From positions 1 through 64,000 of the IMG/VR virus record IMGVR_UViG_3300017782_004332: a DNA stretch of 64,000 nt; one strand, 5' to 3'. Below, one piece after another: positions 58,582-64,000 of the stretch (positions within the stretch are counted from its first letter, which is position 1; the number at the start of each line of letters is the position of its first letter). The DNA comes from a virus. The translations under genes were made by a program, and so were the position numbers. The notes below the pieces were generated by a model. That model was not told the DNA's origin. It did not search any database and saw only the letters and a program-made list of their open reading frames with translations.

Positions 58582-58681
58582 AAAGAGGAATGAGTATAAA
58601 CATGGTTAAGCCTGTAACCTCTATAAAATTAAGACACAGGTAGGAAACGGTGGCCGCCTTCATAGAAAGGGCCACGCCTAA

Positions 58682-58755
58682 GCCGGGATGGTGTAGTGGC
58701 AACATGATGGTCTCCAAAACCACAGACTGAGGTTCGATTCCTTGTTCCGGTGCCA
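58682..58755 (+). tRNA. tRNA-Trp(CCA)
   Basis: gccggga/ttccggt; tggt-CT CCA AA-acca; CCA. Confidence 0.88.
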
Positions 58756-58771
58756 ATTAATAGGATTATAT

Positions 58772-58942
58772 ATGTGGGAAATATGGTGCAAAGCAATAGG
58801 AGAAAAAGCATATGAAGATAACAATCGCTCTGACAGAGTTGCAATTATACGCAGTTGCTGGGTGTTGCTACACATTCTTACTTGCCTTGCTATTATCTTA
58901 AATGCAATAGCAAATCACGGCTGGGGATTATTAGGCCTATAA
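58772..58942 (+). CDS. Small membrane protein
   Basis: MWEIWCKAIGEK..DRVA; AGGA RBS. Confidence 0.6.
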   Translation: MWEIWCKAIGEKAYEDNNRSDRVAIIRSCWVLLHILTCLAIILNAIANHGWGLLGL

Positions 58943-58955
58943 CAAGGAGATAAAG

Positions 58956-59114
58956 ATGAAAAGCACAAAAAGTGAAGCAGACCAAAAAGCAATTGATGAA
59001 TGGTTAGCAAAAGGAAATAAGATTACTGTCTATCCTAAGTTTCAACGTACTGCTAATACTGATGTAAAATATGCGTGGGGACGAAAGAAGAAGAAGAAAG
59101 AAGAAAAGAAATAA
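58956..59114 (+). CDS. Small basic protein (52 aa, not in ORF track), SutA-like motif
   Basis: AAGGAG RBS; AIDEWLAKGNKITV. Confidence 0.6.
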   Translation: MKSTKSEADQKAIDEWLAKGNKITVYPKFQRTANTDVKYAWGRKKKKKEEKK

Positions 59115-59120
59115 TATAGT

Positions 59121-59196
59121 AGGCCTGTAGTTCAGTGGTTAGAACCAACCGCTCATAACGGTTTTGTCGTCGGTTCGAATCCGGCCGGGCCTACCA
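59121..59196 (+). tRNA. tRNA with CAT anticodon (Ile2-like rather than initiator Met)
   Basis: aggcctg/cgggcct paired at position 1; aaccg-CT CAT AA-cggtt; lacks the GGG/CCC initiator stem. Confidence 0.88.
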
Positions 59197-59218
59197 ACTT
59201 ACTTGAAAGGTAAAGATA

Positions 59219-59455
59219 TTGGGAAGAGTTTTTATTGAAGAAGCAATGCAAAGAACAGGCATTAATAGAACGGATCTAGTCGGAGTGCTTACATACTTAA
59301 TTAGAACTAAACAAGCAACCAGCCAAGGCGATGCAATAAACAAACTTGAATCAGGAGAGTTTGACGGTGTTAACTTAAAAGAAAAATTAATTGAATACTA
59401 TCAAGTTAAACTATCTGATTTAGAAGATAATGAAGAAGAGGTTGACAAAACTTAA
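59219..59455 (+). CDS. Hypothetical protein
   Basis: ORF with TTG start. Confidence 0.5.
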   Translation: MGRVFIEEAMQRTGINRTDLVGVLTYLIRTKQATSQGDAINKLESGEFDGVNLKEKLIEYYQVKLSDLEDNEEEVDKT

Positions 59456-59493
59456 ATTGATGCTATTATATATTAATAATAGAGGAGTAGAAA

Positions 59494-59664
59494 ATGTCAA
59501 CATTAAACGAACAAGCAGAGACCCTAGCACGTATGTCAACAGATGAACGTGATAATTTTGTAGAAAGCATTGTAACTAGATATCCTAATCTAGCAGACGA
59601 ACTAATGAGTTCGATCGGATATGCACTACTAGAACAAGACATAGGAGAAGACAATGAAATTTGA
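59494..59664 (+). CDS. Small acidic protein (56 aa, not in ORF track)
   Basis: GAGGAG RBS and TTGACA promoter at 59442; begins MSTLNEQAETL. Confidence 0.65.
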   Translation: MSTLNEQAETLARMSTDERDNFVESIVTRYPNLADELMSSIGYALLEQDIGEDNEI

Positions 59665-59938
59665 TGAAATAAAATTTAAAGAAACTGATGTTCCTAACGG
59701 CATTCAAGCAATGTTGAACTTTGGTGTTTATGACCTGAGTATAGTACAGAGTGACTTCTCTTATGGTGGTAAGCAAGGTCTATATGAGATCGCAGTGTTT
59801 GAAGGCAATGATCAAAAAGAATTAGCGGGTATTACTGAAAAAGGTGATACAGTTAAAGGCTTCTTAACTGAAGGCGAAGTAGAAGCAATTATTAAAAAAA
59901 TGCATCTAGTGACTGGTACGGATCCAGCAAATGGGTGA
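59654..59938 (+). CDS. Hypothetical phage protein
   Basis: SYGGKQGLYEIAV motif. Confidence 0.7.
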   Translation: MKFDEIKFKETDVPNGIQAMLNFGVYDLSIVQSDFSYGGKQGLYEIAVFEGNDQKELAGITEKGDTVKGFLTEGEVEAIIKKMHLVTGTDPANG

Positions 59939-60122
59939 GTATCCTAAAAAAACTGGTCCAAACAGTTGGATAGTACAAGTTCGCGAGAACGGTAAAACGA
60001 AAGAACTTTACCTAGAATTTCCTGAAGGTTGTATTGATCAAGTTGGTTGGGACATCGGAGACACGCTTATGTGGGAAGAATTAAGCAACGGTGATTGGTC
60101 ATTAACAAAGAAGGTTGAATAA
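59931..60122 (+). CDS. AbrB/MazE-like small protein
   Basis: LEFP...QVGWDIGDTL.W. Confidence 0.65.
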   Translation: MGEYPKKTGPNSWIVQVRENGKTKELYLEFPEGCIDQVGWDIGDTLMWEELSNGDWSLTKKVE

Positions 60123-60130
60123 ATATCTAT

Positions 60131-60373
60131 ATGAAACTAGTATTTAAAACACCATCAGGCCCTGTCGAAGCACAAGGTGAATTTACAAAAAGATACAAGG
60201 TTGTATCTAATAATTCTACTAGTGCATCAGACATTACACAGTTCTGGACTTGGTTGAAATACGAGTTACCACACTTAGATCAAAATAAAACCCAACGTGT
60301 GTTTGGAGCATCTTTGTTAGATTTTAACAAGATAAATGCACAATGGAAAGATAAATTCACTTTTGAGTCATAA
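60131..60373 (+). CDS. Hypothetical protein
   Basis: TAAATA-N5-ATG. Confidence 0.55.
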   Translation: MKLVFKTPSGPVEAQGEFTKRYKVVSNNSTSASDITQFWTWLKYELPHLDQNKTQRVFGASLLDFNKINAQWKDKFTFES

Positions 60374-60447
60374 ACCACATTCGAACCGGTTGCTTTTCTT
60401 CACAAAGATATATATAATTTGTAAAGTATATTCAATGGAGATTATTA

Positions 60448-61722
60448 ATGGCATTACCAAAAGGCCCTAGAAAAAAGAAACCTATAGTTAGACGCACCAA
60501 AGGTAACGAACCATCGTACGATGGTGTTGAACAACTAACTGGTAAAGCATACGGTAGTTTTAGATCGGCATGCCAGGACCATTATCGTATGGAATTTAAA
60601 ACTTCAGATTACAAACAATGGACTATAGATTATCTAGAGAATATTGAATACGGAAAATACAAAGACGTTATTAGTATTGTAAAAAAGAATCCAGATAATA
60701 ATTTTAGTTCGACACTTGGCGGTCTTTGTAGAATGCGTTTAAAGGGTGTTGCTGATTACAACGAAGAGTATGATACCTATTGGCAGTCATTGCCTGGTAC
60801 TAGTGGTTTTGTAAAACCAATGAGTGCGTTTATTCAACGACAGATAGAAGAATTAAAAGAAAAAGGCAATGCCATTGTTGAAATTAAGCAACAAGAAAAA
60901 AAGAAAGAAGAAGAAAAGCCAAAAAAATATATTCCAACTATACAAGAAAGAATACAAATGGCAATCCCAGCAATGACTGATCAATTTGAAGATGCTATTG
61001 ACGAGTTTGCAATGCAAAGCAGATTAGACTTTAAAGATATTAAACCTTTAACAATATTCCGTCAGCGTGATGTTAAACAACCACATGCAAAGATTATTGC
61101 AGAAATATACGAACCTGCACTAGCAGAAATGCGAGAACTGTTAAATCCGCCTGTATTAAAAACAGAACATGATAAAGATTTTCATCAACAATTAAAAGAT
61201 GGTTATTCACATTACGATAAAAAACAAATTAAAAAGTTATATGAATTTTATTCTTCAATAATTACTGCCTGTGATGGTATCATTGCAGAACGTAAGGCTA
61301 GCCGTAAACCACGTAAATTGAGTGTTAAGGCCCCAGAAAAAGTAGTAGCCAAATTGAAATATAAAGTTAGTGACGCAACATATGGAGCAAGTATCGAACC
61401 ACATAAATTCATTATGGCAAATATGTTGGTAATTTTTAATTGCAAAAATAGGAAATTGGGCGTATACTATACTAATAATGAAGATCCATTGGGCCAAAAA
61501 AGAGACGGTACTGGTCTTTATTTGAAAGGACAAACTATCCAACGATTTGATGAAAAGACATCGGTATGGAAAGTGTTACGTAAACCACAAATACAACTTG
61601 AGGAAATGCGTAATTTAAATACAAGACGTAAATTTGAAAACTGGTGGAGTACTGTTAAAACTACTGAGACTAAGATGAATGGCAGAATTAACCCAGAAAC
61701 AATATTGATAGGAGTATATTGA
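60448..61722 (+). CDS. Conserved T4-like phage hypothetical protein
   Basis: K.LRKP..L; NGRIN.ETIL C-terminus. Confidence 0.7.
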   Translation: MALPKGPRKKKPIVRRTKGNEPSYDGVEQLTGKAYGSFRSACQDHYRMEFKTSDYKQWTIDYLENIEYGKYKDVISIVKKNPDNNFSSTLGGLCRMRLKGVADYNEEYDTYWQSLPGTSGFVKPMSAFIQRQIEELKEKGNAIVEIKQQEKKKEEEKPKKYIPTIQERIQMAIPAMTDQFEDAIDEFAMQSRLDFKDIKPLTIFRQRDVKQPHAKIIAEIYEPALAEMRELLNPPVLKTEHDKDFHQQLKDGYSHYDKKQIKKLYEFYSSIITACDGIIAERKASRKPRKLSVKAPEKVVAKLKYKVSDATYGASIEPHKFIMANMLVIFNCKNRKLGVYYTNNEDPLGQKRDGTGLYLKGQTIQRFDEKTSVWKVLRKPQIQLEEMRNLNTRRKFENWWSTVKTTETKMNGRINPETILIGVY

Positions 61723-62315
61723 TGAGTAACCTAGTACCTATGGTGGTTGAAAAATCACATGACGGAGAAAGAGCCTATGACATTTTTAGTCGTTTGCTTA
61801 AAGATCGTATCGTTTTTTTAAACGGTCCGGTGCATGACGGTGTAGCACATAGTTTAACTGCACAACTAATTTTATTAGAATCAGATAGTGGAACAAAACC
61901 GATCCACTTTTATATTAATTCACCGGGTGGTGTAGTAAGCAGTGGTATGGCAATTTATGATACAATGCAATATATCAAGTCTCCTGTTTATACATATGTT
62001 ATGGGTCAAGCGGCATCAATGGGATCTTTACTTGCTCAGGCAGGTGATCCAGGACACAGGTATATGTTGCCACATGCAAGACACATGATTCACCAACCAA
62101 GCGGTGGTGCTAGTGGTCAAGCAACTGATATTCAAATTCATGCAGAAGAAATTATCAAACTTAAAAAAGAATTAACAGAAATATATGTTAAGCATAATTC
62201 AAAAGAAAAAACATTTGATGATTTAAGTAATGATATGGAACGTGATAAGTTTATGACTGCCTCAGAAGCACTTGAATACGGACTTATTGATGAAATCTTT
62301 GAAAGGAGAGACTGA
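61722..62315 (+). CDS. clpP: ATP-dependent Clp protease proteolytic subunit
   Basis: [36 protein letters not shown]. Confidence 0.96.
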   Translation: MSNLVPMVVEKSHDGERAYDIFSRLLKDRIVFLNGPVHDGVAHSLTAQLILLESDSGTKPIHFYINSPGGVVSSGMAIYDTMQYIKSPVYTYVMGQAASMGSLLAQAGDPGHRYMLPHARHMIHQPSGGASGQATDIQIHAEEIIKLKKELTEIYVKHNSKEKTFDDLSNDMERDKFMTASEALEYGLIDEIFERRD

Positions 62316-62497
62316 TGAAAGACGGACCTATGTTTGAACATATCAACAGAAGCACAGAAGGTATGATCAAAGCAGAATATATTACATACACTGTGAAGGA
62401 CGGACAACTTATAAAGGAAACTTCTATTAGACAGTTTCAAAAAAGTGGAGACTATCATGATAGTTTTCTAAGTGATCCATTGGTAGAGGTAAAATAA
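62315..62497 (+). CDS. Hypothetical protein
   Basis: AAGGAG RBS; coupled ORF. Confidence 0.6.
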   Translation: MKDGPMFEHINRSTEGMIKAEYITYTVKDGQLIKETSIRQFQKSGDYHDSFLSDPLVEVK

Positions 62498-62658
62498 TGG
62501 AACCAGTAGATCCTAGCAAGAAACATTTTTATATTAGTTTAGTAAAGAGTGCGTTACGTATCCTAGGATGTGTAGCAGTTTTGTTAGGTGGAGGTATTAT
62601 ATACCTAGCAAGTGCATTTTTACTTGCTGAACTGTTGGGTATTGCAGAGGAATTGTAA
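62497..62658 (+). CDS. Small 2-TM protein (53 aa, not in ORF track)
   Basis: MEPVDPSKKHFYISLVKS..AELLGIAEEL; overlaps both neighbours. Confidence 0.65.
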   Translation: MEPVDPSKKHFYISLVKSALRILGCVAVLLGGGIIYLASAFLLAELLGIAEEL

Positions 62659-63767
62659 TGCCTGTAGCAACCTTTGATAAACCAATCGACAATATTAGGG
62701 TCTCGCAATTAGATATTAAGAAGGGAGAGTTTCCTGGTGACTGGGTCAAGGGCGGTCCTATACAAGATTTCAGCAGTATTGGTATCGACGATCGTGCTAG
62801 TAAGATATCGTTAACTGTTATCGACGATACTGTTATTGTTGATACTGTGAAAACAAAAACATTACTAGGCGATATTGATTTTACAGGTAATGTAAATTTT
62901 AAAAAAAATGTATTTGTTGCTGGCAAACTCGAAGTTGACGAATTAATTACAAAGCAGTTAATGGCGGACGAACATACCGAAAGACAGTATGTTGAATTTA
63001 GCCACAAGAATAAACGCAAAACAAGTGTCGGAACAGGATTTATTTGGACACATCCTAAGCAATACACAAAGCAATTTGTATATCTAAATAAACCTGACAG
63101 ATTTTACAGCACAGAACCATTAGAATTACATAAAGATAAGTCATATATGATAGGACAACAAGATGTATTATCACAAAGTACACTTGGTGCTAGTGTAGTT
63201 AAAAGTAGTTTACAACAGGTAGGACAACTTAAAAATCTTAAAGTAAGTGGACGAGTTGAAATTGGGGAATACATATTTTATGATCCTAATTTAGATAGAA
63301 TAGGGTTTGGTACAGACAAGCCTGCAGGCGATCTTGCTATTCTTAATTTTGAATATGATACAAATTTTGTTATTGATGCTGATGAAGGACTTATTAAACT
63401 AGGTGCTTATAATAATAAAAGTGTTGGGTTAATTACAGATGACCAAGTACGATTAACTATTGATCCCAAAGGTAACTTAACCGTAGGACAAGAAGGTAAC
63501 AATGATGCTGTTCATCACATTTACGGAAAAGTAGGAATTGGCATTAAAAACCCGCAACATAGTATGGATGTTGTTGGAAATATAAAGTTTCAAAACAGGG
63601 TGTTTACTGTTGCTGATCGCCCACCTTTAAAAGGTAGATGGAATAAAGGCGACACTGTGTGGAACAAAAATCCTAAAGAAGATGCACCAGTTGGATGGAT
63701 TTGTACTGTTGGTGGAAACCCAGGACAATGGAACAGTTTCGGTTTTATCGGCAAACCTAACAATTAA
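62658..63767 (+). CDS. Virion structural/tail-associated protein
   Basis: SSLQQVGQL, KVGIG, GD.VWN..P..GWIC...G.PG.W. Confidence 0.6.
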   Translation: MPVATFDKPIDNIRVSQLDIKKGEFPGDWVKGGPIQDFSSIGIDDRASKISLTVIDDTVIVDTVKTKTLLGDIDFTGNVNFKKNVFVAGKLEVDELITKQLMADEHTERQYVEFSHKNKRKTSVGTGFIWTHPKQYTKQFVYLNKPDRFYSTEPLELHKDKSYMIGQQDVLSQSTLGASVVKSSLQQVGQLKNLKVSGRVEIGEYIFYDPNLDRIGFGTDKPAGDLAILNFEYDTNFVIDADEGLIKLGAYNNKSVGLITDDQVRLTIDPKGNLTVGQEGNNDAVHHIYGKVGIGIKNPQHSMDVVGNIKFQNRVFTVADRPPLKGRWNKGDTVWNKNPKEDAPVGWICTVGGNPGQWNSFGFIGKPNN

Positions 63768-63808
63768 CCATATACCTAATTTCTTAAATCAAAACAATAA
63801 ATATTGGT

Positions 63809-64000
63809 ATGAAGAACATTATTTTTTTAAAGAAAGAGATTCCTAATCGCATCAGGAAACAAGTAGAATATTGGAACCTGTTTGCGAAGTTAGCACCAAT
63901 AGCATTTGTTGTTGGAGGGTTCTTTTTCTATGAGTTTAACTTTTGCTCGTTACAAACACTATTGTTTGTAGGCGCCGGGATGTTTACTGTCACGGCAGTT
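63809..64000 (+). CDS. Partial membrane protein (runs off window)
   Basis: TAAATA-N5-ATG; open to the window end. Confidence 0.55.
   Translation, partial: MKNIIFLKKEIPNRIRKQVEYWNLFAKLAPIAFVVGGFFFYEFNFCSLQTLLFVGAGMFTVTAV

Overview
AT-rich, gene-dense, mostly + strand segment of a large T4-like (myovirus/jumbo) phage genome. The host is most likely an aquatic alphaproteobacterium: the window carries a permuted two-piece tmRNA with an ANDNF...LAA tag, a Shemin-pathway ALA synthase and a HemO/PcyX-type bilin pair. Core content: head- and tail-associated proteins, nrdAB/glutaredoxin, PAAR, nucleases, GuaC, peroxiredoxin, bS21 and six tRNAs. It also encodes a near-complete proteostasis kit (tmRNA, ClpX, two ClpP, ClpS, GroES/GroEL, Hsp20) and a heme/bilin cassette. 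A curli-like export locus (CsgF, CsgG, two curlin-repeat proteins, a FecR-domain protein) lies divergent from a CHASE2 class III nucleotide cyclase and looks like a trans-envelope signalling system. Non-coding signals read by eye: a glnA-type glutamine riboswitch before a small basic ORF, ROSE-like thermometers before both hsp20 and groES, an ORF inside the tmRNA intervening segment, a recurrent TAAATA-N5-ATG (leaderless late mRNA) architecture and a rare tRNA-Arg(GCG). All family calls come from motif recognition without database searches.
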